Notes: generated by a model from the letters alone, not told the origin. A stretch of 36,567 bases of DNA from Octopus bimaculoides (GCF_001194135.2 NC_068986.1:57215885-57252451); one strand, 5' to 3'; numbered from the stretch's first letter, positions 1 to 11,219 are shown. Numbers and translations are program-made.

Positions 1-12
1 CGCACACACACG

Positions 13-44
<32 letters not shown>

Positions 45-60
45 CACATATACACATATA

Positions 61-1250
61 CCGGGTCGTATCAAAAAGTTTCCGGACTAACGTTTAATTA
101 ATAAAAAATAACTTATTTACCTAACTTTTAACATTATCTCCTTCAAAACAGTCACCTTGCGCAGTAATACACTAAACTGAACGTTTCTGCTACTTTTGGA
201 AGTCTGGGAGTCGTTTTCCCTAAACGACTCGTGGACCTTCTGCAATGTGCTCTGGATTCCGGCAACGGTGTTACAACGGCGACCTTTGAGCTTCATTTTC
301 ATCTTGAGGAAGAGATGGAAGTTCACAGGTGCTAAATCTGGTGAATAATGTAGATGCGAAAGTGATACCATGTTGCTTTTGGTGAGAAAATCACGAGTAG
401 GGAGAGCTTGGTGACAGGGTGCATTGTCATCGTGAAGAATCCAATTCTTCGCGCTCCACAGATCCGGACGTTTTCACCGAATGTCTTCTCTCAAACGCTT
501 CAAAATATCGCAGTAGAACTCTCGACTGGTGGTCTAGTCCTAAGGGACGAATTCACGATGCACAATACTGCAGATGTCAAAAACAAAATGATGAGCATTC
601 CCTTGATTAAACTGCAGGTCTGTCGTGCTTTCTTCAGTTGTAGAGATGGTCTCTTCCATTTTGAGGACTGATGTTTCGTCTCAAGGTCGTACCCGTAGAC
701 CCAACTCTTATCACCGGTGATGATCCTTGACATATGAAGGATGGGTCATCGGCGGCACACTGACGAATATCTTGACAGACTTCGACGCGATCTTCTTTCT
801 GCTTAGTGGTCAGCAGGCGGCGAACAAGGATTGCTTGTACGGACACATACAACAGACCAACCACATCAGCAACGTCGTGACAGGTCTTCCAGATCGCTCA
901 TCAACTTCCGCGGATGTTCTTTCGCTTTTCAAGCGCCCGTGCCACTTGAAACATTGCATACAACACAATGTCTCTTTGCAGTAAGCTTGCTCAAACATGC
1001 TCAAAATCTCTGTAATAGACTTCCCAAGTTTTACGCAAGATTTCACGTTTCTCTTCATAAAAAATCGCAGACTATAGCATACACGTGATCACGAAAACAC
1101 GAATTTCACATCTTGCGAAGTAGACACAGCGATGTCACTCGCCACACGGGCTCATGATGATCACTACTAACTCTCACTGCACACGTAACTATGAGCTGCC
1201 ATCTGTTGGCGAGCTGGAGAACCAGTCTGGGAACGTTTTGTTACCCATCA
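61..1250 (-). mobile_element. Degenerate full-length mariner (DD34D-type) DNA transposon
   Basis: Minus-strand fragments in order: N-terminal HTH (NVKSCVKLGKS...DERSGRP, 810-1058), VRRLLT (WVPRxL-like), SRIITGDKSWVYGYD (first D), ILHDDNAP, then 34 residues to YSPDLAPVN (third D mutated to N). Imperfect TIRs: 61-88 caaaaagtttccggact vs reverse complement of 1224-1250 caaaacgttcccagact; TA at 59-60. Several stops and frameshifts. Confidence 0.92.
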
Positions 1251-1584
1251 TGTGTGTGTATGCACGCGTACGTACAATATAAATGTGTGTGTGTGTGTGT
1301 ATGTGAGTGTGTGTGTACCATGTGTGAAACTAGGTAATTTTATAGAAAATGTCTTAAGAAAAATTTTAGCTCCGGGCGAAAATTGAATGGCCCATGTCTC
1401 TTTTTACCCCTTTTTTTATTTTTCCCCTTACTCAATGGAGCGTTATATTTTTCTTTAAAATAAATAAATCAACGTCTCTTTGAAGTCGTCTGGATGAAGC
1501 GCAAATACGTAGTCGTATTACGCCGAAGCAACAGCTAATGCTTGAATGAACATTCAAAATCAAATGTGTGCAATAATTATTTAT

Positions 1585-1605
1585 ACATATACATATAATA
1601 ATAAT

Positions 1606-1641
<36 letters not shown>

Positions 1642-1855
1642 AATAATAATAATAAAAACGATAATAATAAGAATAACAATTTATATTTCTATATATATAA
1701 TAATATTATATATTATATATATATATAAAATAATTTTATATATCATATATATCTACCTGTATGCGTTTATGCATACATTCACTCTCACACACACACACAC
1801 ACACACGCACGCACGCATGCACGCACGAACGCACGCACGCACGCACATACATACA

Positions 1856-1885
<30 letters not shown>
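1585..1885. repeat. Compound microsatellite cluster (AAT)n/(AAC)n, (TA)n, (CA)n, (CGCA)n, (TACA)n
   Basis: Directly visible; accounts for the poly-N, poly-I and HT ORFs in the track. Confidence 0.95.
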
Positions 1886-1887
<2 letters not shown>

Positions 1888-1974
1888 ATGCTATCATTAC
1901 AGTTCCATATGAGATGAGGAATAATGTACATTATTTACATTCGACGGATATTTGTCCTCATCTTCTTTGTTGTT

Positions 1975-2020
1975 AACACAACGTTTCGGCTGATATATCC
2001 TCCAGCCTTCTTCAGGTGTT
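1975..2020 (-). ncRNA. Minimal type I hammerhead ribozyme motif (copy A)
   Basis: Minus strand reads aacac-CTGAAGA-a-ggctg-gaggatatat-cagcc-GAAAC-GTT-gtgtt: stem I aacac/gtgtt, CUGANGA core, stem II ggctg/cagcc, GAAA core, vestigial palindromic stem III (AACGTT), GUU triplet. Confidence 0.75.
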
Positions 2021-2067
2021 TTGGGGAAATTTCGAACCTGGGTTCCCATTCTTAAGGTATTTTTCGA

Positions 2068-2103
<36 letters not shown>

Positions 2104-2139
2104 CATTATTATTTTTATTGTTATTATTATTATTGTTCA

Positions 2140-2212
2140 GGTCACTGCTTGGAATCGAACTCGGAGTCTTGAGCTAAGTAGCCCGCGCTCTTAGCTACTA
2201 CGCCATATGCCC
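2140..2212 (-). promoter_or_regulatory. tRNA-derived internal Pol III promoter (A and B boxes) heading the hammerhead unit
   Basis: Minus strand gggcataTGGCGTAGTAGctaagagcgc...ctccGAGTTCGATTCCaagcagtgacc; A-box at 2195-2205, B-box at 2151-2162, tRNA-like spacing. Confidence 0.75.
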
Positions 2213-2242
2213 ACGCCATATGCCTACGGGCATATGGCGTAG

Positions 2243-3258
2243 AGATATTTGTGAAGTGTTGAATTACTCTTGAATACTGTCCTGATGTCATATGGGCCGC
2301 ATATCTTTTGTATCTTTTCGGAGAGACCTTTCACATAGGGTACACAGACTGTGGACAGTTTATTGGCCTCATCCTCTCTCTTCTTCATAATTGGAGTGGA
2401 TAGTATACCTTTGGGGTTGTTGTTGATGTTGTTTTTGGCACTCCGTCGCTTACGACGTCGAGGGTTCCAGTCGATCCGATCAACAGAACAGCCTGCTCGT
2501 GAAATTAACGTGCAAGTGGCTGAGCACTCCACAGACACATATACCCTTAACGTAGTTCTCGGGGATATTCAGCGTGACACAGTGTGACAAGGCTGGCCCT
2601 TTGAATTACAGGCACAACAGAAACAGGAAGTAAGAGAGAGAGAGAATTTTATGGTGAAAGAGTACAGCAGGGTTCGCCACCAACCCCTGCCGGAGCCTCG
2701 TGGAGCTTTAGGTGTTTTAGCTCAATAAAACACTCACAACGCCCGGTCTGGGAATCGAAACCGCGATCCTATGTCCGCGATCCTATGACCGCGAGTCCGC
2801 TGCCCTAACCACTGGGCCATTGCGCCACCACTACTTTTGGGGTAGTTGTTGCTTAACAGATCGTTATTGAGCTTGATAATTTCTTCGTAGAGTGTATCAC
2901 GATCGCTACTTATATTCTTTGCACAATGTTTTAGGCACTGAGCAATCCCTCTCTTTACACTGTATGGATGGTGGGAAGTGGAGTTGACGTATTGTCCAGT
3001 GAAGGTCGGATTTCGGTATACGGATGTCCTGAATTCATACTTGGTGCGTGTTATTAATACATCCAGGAATGCCAGCTGATTGTCTCTTTCCTTTTCCATT
3101 GTGAATTGTATGGATGGCTTTATTGAGTTCACATTATCTAACAACACTTGGACATCTTCCTGCTGGGGTCAAAGTATAAAGGTGTCATCAACATATCGTA
3201 ACCATAGTGTTGGTTTTAGTGGTGTTGATCCTAAAGCCAAATTCTCAAAGTATTCCAT
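2243..3258 (-). mobile_element. Penelope-like element reverse transcriptase fragment (truncated, no GIY-YIG domain), interrupted by a SINE
   Basis: Minus frame reads MEYFENLAL...WLRYVDDTFIL* (YVDD at 3183-3194), NSIKPSIQFTMEKE...LAFLDVLI...VYRNPTFTGQY..STSHHP, and after the SINE, VPYVKGLSEKIQKI..YDIRTVFKSNSTLHKYL. These are typical PLE RT thumb and linker motifs. Confidence 0.9.
2426..2835 (-). mobile_element. tRNA-derived SINE inserted in the PLE RT, with 16-bp target-site duplication
   Basis: A-box TGGCCCAGTGG (2809-2819), B-box GTTTCGATTCCC (2750-2761), internal (TC)n, CAA-rich tail. TSD tttggggttgttgttg (2410-2425) / tttggggtagttgttg (2836-2851). Confidence 0.88.
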
Positions 3259-3279
3259 GAGTTCGATTCCAAGCAGTGA

Positions 3280-3317
<38 letters not shown>

Positions 3318-3460
3318 TCGAAAAATATCTTAGGAATCAGAACCCAGGTTCGAAATTTCTCCAAGACACCTGAAGAAGGCTGGAGGGTATATCAGCTGAA
3401 ACGTTGTGTTGACAACAAACAAGATGAGGACAAATATCCGTCGAATGTAAATAATGTAAA
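3259..3460 (+). mobile_element. PLE terminal-repeat-like unit, copy B (starts at the B-box)
   Basis: gagttcgattccaagcagtgacctg-(AAT)n-aacatcgaaaaata...ctgaagaaggctg...gaaacgttgtgtt...gaatgtaaataatgta; inverted relative to copy A. Confidence 0.8.
3365..3410 (+). ncRNA. Minimal type I hammerhead ribozyme motif (copy B)
   Basis: gacac-CTGAAGA-a-ggctg-gagggtatat-cagct-GAAAC-GTT-gtgtt; the changes in the stems relative to copy A give G-U wobbles. Confidence 0.7.
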
Positions 3461-3825
3461 TAATATCATTAAAATGCTATCAATTTTTGCAGTATTATGA
3501 AAATTACTAGAGGCCAGTACACCTCTGTAGTCGTTAATTAACTCGTATATCGAGGCGTTACTATTTATATATTTTAGAAAGTTAAGTTATGGCCGGTCAT
3601 AGAATGATCATTACTTTCGCACCTATAAACTCTTAGCAGTACCGGCGACTGAGTCTGAGTTGCCTATACTGTTTATAGTTGCCTATAGGAGCAAAACCAA
3701 TCATCACCCTGTGGCCGTCTATAACTTTTAACTTTCTAAAAAATAGATGTTACTGCTCTAATGCTTGAGAGAGTTCTTTTTTGCATATATGAACTATTGA
3801 CAAATACACAAATACATGCACACAC

Positions 3826-3827
3826 AG

Positions 3828-3887
<60 letters not shown>

Positions 3888-3901
3888 CAGACGGATATAT
3901 T

Positions 3902-3988
<87 letters not shown>
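3826..3988. repeat. Compound (GATA)n/(GA)n/(TA)n/(GATA)n microsatellite
   Basis: Directly visible. Confidence 0.95.
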
Positions 3989-3990
<2 letters not shown>

Positions 3991-4233
3991 CAAAAAATGG
4001 AATGAAGGCCATTTTTTAATTTAAGATCACTACACTTGTTTCGACACACTTTTACACCTTTAGTACATTAGTGAGGTGTTGTGTAATCACTGTCATACTT
4101 CCAAGGAATAAAACATGCATCTTTATGTGATTGTTTAAGTGCTTCTTGGGTCCTCTCGTCATTTCGCTTTAACTATATGTGCATGTATGTATGTAAGTAT
4201 GTATGCGTATTGTGCGCGCATTTATATATATCG

Positions 4234-4271
<38 letters not shown>

Positions 4272-5059
4272 AATGGAAATTTGCTCCGTACGATCCAAAG
4301 TAAATAAGAGTTTGTTTTTCAACGTCAAAGCCTAAATTGTGCAGTCTGTTTCGGTCTTAGATAGAACTCATCGCGTGTATGTACGCGTGAGTTTGTATGT
4401 CTGTGGGTGTGTGTGTTTATGCATGCTTTTATTCATTTCGAAACACGATTATGTCCTAGTCTTGTCTTATTATATTCTTTCATATTTCTTCATGAGTACA
4501 AAGTTTCCAATCCACCAACGTTTCTAATGAACGAGGTTATCTTCTGGATAGATTCTATGTTGTTGGCATATATTGCTTCTCTTTTTATTGTTGGCAGGAC
4601 CAACGGAATTTTCACTACATTAGATTTGCTATTACCTTTGATCGCTTCTATCTCTTTGTCAAAGAGGCTAGAAGAACTTGTTCTCTTAGTAACCCGGATA
4701 TTTTATCAATGCGTTGTATTTTAGCTGAGTTGCGGTAATTGTATCGCGTCAATCATTTATCACTTCATTTGTAGGGTTATCTGTATAAGACTGATAAGTT
4801 GATTATTAATGTATTCACACCATTTTATTTTTATTTATGCTGTGTGATGTTGTTCAGTACCATTGCTTGTTAGTTCATATGCAAGGCAATCCGGCGGGTT
4901 TGCGTTATATTTATATGTTAGAGAGGTGATATTTACAAATTTACATTTTAAGAATTACAGTTGCAAATTATACAAATCTTTTCGTTTGCAATCACATTCG
5001 TAGACTTAATTGTAATGTTTTTATTAACCTCTCTGGATTTTAAGAAACAGTGGTAAGTT

Positions 5060-5420
5060 CAACAGTTGACGCAGGCTGCAGCCATGCTGGAGCGCTGCCA
5101 GCATTATCCCCTTTTCAATAGATTTTGGTGAAGGAGTAAGTTCGATATTGCTGCCCTCTTTTGAGTTTCTTGCCGTGTTTTAGGTTCATGTGGGAAGTTG
5201 AGCAACAGGAGATCAAGTTATTTCTTAAAAATATCTGCCCCGACTGCATGTAGATCTCTCAGAAGTTTTGGCAAGGTATTAAATAACTGAGCCCTTGAAT
5301 CCCAAGCTATTGCAGTACACGGTTTTCACACTTGATTGGGGTGGCTCGGACCTTTGAGAAAGTGTAGTTCCGAAATATATATATTTACGTTGTCTGATAT
5401 GCTGGATATCGACAACCTCC
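5060..5420 (-). mobile_element. 3' end of a CR1/L2-like LINE (degenerate)
   Basis: Minus strand with one frameshift reads TVYCNSLGFKG/QLFNTLPKLLRDLHAVGADIFKK*LDLLLLNFPHEPKTRQE...SNLLLHQ, resembling the CR1-group C-terminal LFNxLP...FKxxLD..L..PDEP signature. It is followed by a 3' motif ggcagcgctccagcatggctgcag (5076-5099). Confidence 0.6.
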
Positions 5421-7885
5421 TTTTATTTTAATCACATAGACATGGTTATTAAGCTTCTAATAAATTTGATCTTAAATTTCATATTGAGTGTCCTTCGTTG
5501 AATTGTAATATGTATTGTGAAGTACAAATTTAGCTATAAATGTATATACATGCATATGTGTGTGTGTGTGTGGGTGGGTGCGTGCATGCATGTGTGTGTG
5601 TGGGGTGTATAAAATTAGTGTACATTTCTATACAGAAAAGAGGTGAACTCAACAGGAAACCTTGCATGCTAAAAAGAGCAATTTCGAAGGGAATGAAAAA
5701 TAAAAGCATTTTCGATAGTTACCTACGTACCTAGGTTTCAACATCAATGAACAAATAAAATAATTATATATATATATATATATNNNNNNNNNNNNNNNNN
5801 NNNNNNNNNNNNNNNNNNNNNNNNNNNNNNNNNNNNNNNNNNNNNNNNNNNNNNNNNNNNNNNNNNNNNNNNNNNNNNNNNNNNNNNNNNNNNNNNNNNN
5901 NNNNNNNNNNNNNNNNNNNNNNNNNNNNNNNNNNNNNNNNNNNNNNNNNNNNNNNNNNNNNNNNNNNNNNNNNNNNNNNNNNNNNNNNNNNNNNNNNNNN
6001 NNNNNNNNNNNNNNNNNNNNNNNNNNNNNNNNNNNNNNNNNNNNNNNNNNNNNNNNNNNNNNNNNNNNNNNNNNNNNNNNNNNNNNNNNNNNNNNNNNNN
6101 NNNNNNNNNNNNNNNNNNNNNNNNNNNNNNNNNNNNNNNNNNNNNNNNNNNNNNNNNNNNNNNNNNNNNNNNNNNNNNNNNNNNNNNNNNNNNNNNNNNN
6201 NNNNNNNNNNNNNNNNNNNNNNNNNNNNNNNNNNNNNNNNNNNNNNNNNNNNNNNNNNNNNNNNNNNNNNNNNNNNNNNNNNNNNNNNNNNNNNNNNNNN
6301 NNNNNNNNNNNNNNNNNNNNNNNNNTATATATATGTACAAACACACACATGTGTTGTTCGCTAATTAAGTGATATTTAATAATACTTAGATATAGGCAAT
6401 TTAAATCGAAATCACTGTTGTGGAACTCGAGGTATTTGAAACAAATATTAAGAAAAAATATCAATATATAATATTCTTTATTTTTTCTTTCAGCATATTT
6501 GCATGCTCATATTATTAAGATGTTTAATTGAGTGTAATCACTATATTGGTTTAGATGTGTTTAATTAACTCAAAACCACGCACAAACGTTGAGACATATA
6601 CAAGGGCCAACCGCCTGATGTACAACAAAGACATAGACAGGAGTTACACAGCTATCACCAACATATGTATGCATTGCACGTATAAATTCGTGCTATTTGC
6701 ATTTCAGCATGCAGGAGGCTTTATTTATTTATGAAAGTTCAACGAAACCACATGAGGTTATGTTTTCAACAGGAACAGCAAAGAAACCACACACTGAATT
6801 GAAGTCAGACACGTTTCATCCTCCACCGCTTTTCATTGAACCTCTTCATGATTGCAGTTTACAACAGTTGTGAAAATGTTGTGAAAACATTAGTCAATGA
6901 TTCTGAGATAACTCATAAATATGACGTCGACCTTTAATGTATTAGCACACTATGAGTTGCTGTAGAGAGAGAGAGAGAGACTTTCACAGCAAGACAAGCA
7001 ATTCCTAACGACGGGTTTTCTTCGTAGGGGATTCTGAAAAAATAAAAAAATTACATCAGATAACAAAAAGAGGTGAAATAGTCGAGTGAATCCTGTTTTC
7101 CACTACATGCCAGTAGGTCTTGCGCTCAAATCCTCAGTAGAAGTATAGCTGTGTATTTGGCAATACTCTTAATATTTATAGCGTAATGGCCAAATACATG
7201 TGTCTGAATAGTTCAAAAGACCAAGCATGGCCGAAGGCTTAACAATTACATTTTGTAACTGTATTTTAGTATAGCCTCGAGTCGACTGTTGTCTTGTGAA
7301 AAAAAAATTATATTTTCAGAAAATATCTTGAAGCCTTTAGAAGGTATTAACAGGCCTAGCCGTAACATAAGCCGGTTCACGCTGATTCCATTTGATGATT
7401 ACGTTCATAGCACTAGTACATGCTAAATAGTCAACTGCCCACATTGTAATTCAATTGATATCGTGATCCTTTGAGCAACTCAAATAGACAACGCTGAAAC
7501 TAGCGAAAGATTAAATTTGTTATTTTATACGTAAAATATTGAATATTAGAAGCGACGCGTCAGCAGAGAATGTATAACAAACTTCAATATGTGTTAATAT
7601 CCCTTCTAAACCATTTCTAAATTTTTCGTTGTGCAATCTTTTCTTCCATTGTTAAATCGTTGGGCATGATATGAAGGAGATTTGTTATTTCGAACAATTA
7701 GGGCGATTGTGCAAAGGATCCCTCGCTAGTTCAATGTAATACTAGTTTCATACAAGTAAGAACAAAGCGGTATATTCTAAGAGGAGAAATAAATAACACG
7801 CTTTGGTTCTTTTATTTGACGTTAGAAATACAAGTGAAGTAACTGAAACTGCATCATCGCTTATTCCTGATAGGTATTTATCATT

Positions 7886-7933
<48 letters not shown>

Positions 7934-7989
7934 TTCAAATAATTCCAAAAGGCATGTTCAGCAATTAATTGCGAAATTCAAGTAATATT

Positions 7990-8204
7990 CGTTTCTGCTC
8001 AAGGCACAAGGCCCGAAATTTTGGATGAAGAGGCCAGTCGATTAGATCGACTCCAGTCCGCAACTGGTACTTAATTTAACGACCCCGAAAGGATGAAAGG
8101 CAAAGTCGACCTCGGCGGAATTTGAACTCAGACCGTAAAGACAGACGAAATACTGCTAAGCATTTCGGCTGGTGTGCTAACGTTTCTGCCAGCTCGCTGC
8201 CTTA
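7990..8204 (-). mobile_element. tRNA-derived SINE (family B), complete, with 16-bp TSD
   Basis: Minus strand ggcagcgagcTGGCAGAAACG...GAGTTCAAATTCCgccgaggtcgactttgcctttcatcctttcggggtc...; perfect flanking direct repeat aaattcaagtaatatt at 7974-7989 and 8205-8220. Confidence 0.88.
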
Positions 8205-8582
8205 AAATTCAAGTAATATTGATAACTTATTGATCATCGTATAATGAAGTCCTATAATGATTGTCAGGGTAAAGAAATATCGACTGCTGCGATTTCGGCG
8301 TGCTGTTTATGATGTTACACAGCACAGCAAATGTTTCTATCATGAATATGTTCCGTAACACACCAGGAAACAAACATAAGATTTATAAATATCATAAAAG
8401 ATAAATATCATATATATTCTGGAGGCTCATCTGGTTTCGATGCACTTTGCAAATATTTTGTTGTTTTATTAATACATTTCATATACACCCAGTAGGTATA
8501 CATACATAAATACATACATACATACATACACGCATACATACATATATAATACGTATGTATGTATGTATACACACGCACCCAT

Positions 8583-8623
<41 letters not shown>

Positions 8624-9049
8624 CGCGCGAAAATATGCATTTGTCATACGAATTCTGCGGGAAGCCTATGGAGTTTAGATCGTGTGAACTTTTCTTAACC
8701 TTTAAATTTTCTATTATATGAGTAAATATCTATCAAACTATCTGCATACTATTTATATACATGGAGATACGCATACATACATTCACACACACACACAAAC
8801 ACCCACAGACACANNNNNNNNNNNNNNNNNNNNNNNNNNNNNNNNNNNNNNNNNNNNNNNNNNNNNNNNNNNNNNNNNNNNNNNNNNNNNNNNNNNNNNN
8901 NNNNNNNNNNNNNNNNNNNNNNNNNNNNNNNNNNNNNNNNNNNNNNNNNNNNNNNNNNNNNNNNNNNNNNNNNNNNNNNNNNNNNNNNNNNNNNNNNNNN
9001 NNNNNNNNNNNNNNNNNNNNNNNNNNNNNNNNNNNNNNNNNNNNNNNNN

Positions 9050-9085
<36 letters not shown>

Positions 9086-9184
9086 GTGTATCAGTATGTA
9101 TATATGCGTATATGTGTGCGCACATGTGTGCGAATAATAATAAATTTTGTTGAGGATATCGAAATTTGTTTTCGTCGTTGATAC

Positions 9185-9680
9185 TTTAGGAAAAATATGA
9201 ATAATACAATGACCAACTCCTGCTTCTCTATTAAACTTAGATTGCTCTCCAATGTGAAAAATTCCGCTTGAAATTATTCCAATGTAATCACCTTCAGAAT
9301 TCATGACCCGAAAATTTATGCATGTATCAATTATTACTTCGGTGAGGTAGATATATATCATTCTTTCGTCATATGCACTGATATTGCGAAGAGATACATT
9401 TATTACTTTGGCATCGTATATCGCACGTAGTCATATGCTACCTCAATATTTTGCTATTATAATCCATAAAGAAATGTATTATAATTCATAAAGAAAACCA
9501 CGCTGTAGTTGCTGGATCTGCTTGAAATATCAGTCAAACACGTGAATACATTGGACTGTATAGTCCGGGATACAGTATATCTGTGTATCTACAAAATGAA
9601 GATTGGCTGTCACAGGAGGTATACCTTTGAACATAAGAACCATAAACTGGGGCTGACATGGGTCTAAGCAACAGGAACGC
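9185..9680 (-). CDS. Two candidate coding exons (9625-9680, 9185-9377), weakly astacin-like
   Basis: AG/GT boundaries and compatible phases; the joined frame is open: ...SYVQSAYDERMIYIYLTEVIIDTCINFRVMNSEGDYIGIISSG... TCIxF-x7-DYI matches astacin spacing, but no HExxH is seen. Could be chance. Confidence 0.22.
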
Positions 9681-11219
9681 CTGAAGAAACAGTAAATTAA
9701 ATGTAGTCGGTGGGGCCAAAACTAAAAGAGATGTAACTAATTGAATTGGTTGTTTTTACCTGGCTTTATATCGTTTCAAATGAACCTGATGCTTCTCATT
9801 ATATAAATTGCAGAAATTAAATATTTTATTGGATAAAATTCCATGGTTTCATACTTGATTTTGTGAATACATAAACTACGAACTTAGAAGAGTTAACTAA
9901 AAAGCTCTATGCTTGTCAGATTTTCTTTATATAAAAATGTCAGTATTTTATTTCATTCAAGGACAATCATTATTGCTTAAAATCACTAGACCTCAACTTT
10001 GTGGCTTCACGGTGGACTCGAAATAAAATAATAATAAAAATTAAATAGATTAACAAATAAAAATTACTGGAATATCGAAGATCAAGAAAAAATATCGACA
10101 GTGCTCTGAAAACCAAATAACAACAATTACTGGCGCACTTCAAATGGGAAATTAAAATAAAAATTAAGTTAAGTTAAATATTTAGAGAGATTAATGCTTA
10201 TGTACAGCAAAACTATTAAAAAATGCGTTTCTCAAGACACTGAAGCATTAATATGAATTTTCTAAAGTGTTGGACTATGTTTTTTCAAAATCTACCGGAC
10301 ACCAAGATACATGTTATGGTTGACTAATGTGACATGATGCACTGTGTAAGAACCACTGAGGTAAATATAGGATTTTATTGAAGTTAGCATAGTTTCATGC
10401 GTAAGGTTTGTAAGTAAACTGAAAGTGTAATGAAAACTAGTGAAAAAAGAAATAAAGTCAAAGAGAAGTAACAATGCTGATCAAGAAAAAAAGTCACAGG
10501 GAAACATATTACTATTTATCTAAATACCATTAATAATAGTCACGGTAATTAAGCAAATAATATTTTACGTTACAATTCTTGACTTGCACACAATAATTTC
10601 ATATACGCGTGATGATATTATTACTTTGCTATCAGCAACAGAAGCACCTTTTCTAATGAATAACTTGGATGTTCTGATTATAACACTTTAGACGGAATTT
10701 CATCAACCGATAATAGAATTTCAATGCTTTTTAGCATCTGTCGTCCACACGAAATGATTTTTACGGGACGTTTACAGCAGCCTAAGGCATCTTAAGTTAT
10801 ACATCCAAGTAAGGCTGAATATGTTAATTAATATTCGTTAAAAAACTTAATATTCGTTACAAAAGCTACTTCTGTCGCTAATAGCTAATTTATACACAGC
10901 CCGCCAGATTTTCGCGACACCATTCGCTGTTTGGCCAGTATTATTCTATATCGATTTGACTAATTATCTATCAGGTATTTGGTTTTGTCAGCTGCAGCTT
11001 ATGGTTCGCGATACGGCGAAATCACATGATACGTTGTGCCATCCACCGGTGTTCTGATGGAAATTCGTCAACCGATAATAGAATTTCGCCGATTTTCAAC
11101 ATTAGCCATCTACACAAAACGAACTTACGGACGTTTACAACAGTATAAGTCATTACACGCAACACGTCCAAGTCAGTTTGGACGTATTCATATCGGTACA
11201 TCTAACTTGACATTTCTTT

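Larger units (their letters stand above)
1890..2224 (-). mobile_element. PLE terminal-repeat-like unit, copy A (tRNA-like head + (AAT)n + hammerhead motif)
   Basis: 1927-2162 is the reverse complement of 3259-3458 at high identity. It flanks a PLE RT fragment and carries a hammerhead motif, as PLE pseudo-LTRs are known to do. Confidence 0.8.

Noticed and set aside
4430-4720. Minus-strand peptide NIESIQKITSFIRNVGGLETLY resembling CR1 LESIQR motifs
   Set aside because: Similarity is too weak and it is not collinear with the CR1-like end at 5060-5420.
5649-6464. Long ORFs (up to 271 aa) here and at 8718-9153, 16485-17370 and 18327-18858
   Set aside because: They are open only because they run through N gaps and flanking (TA)n.
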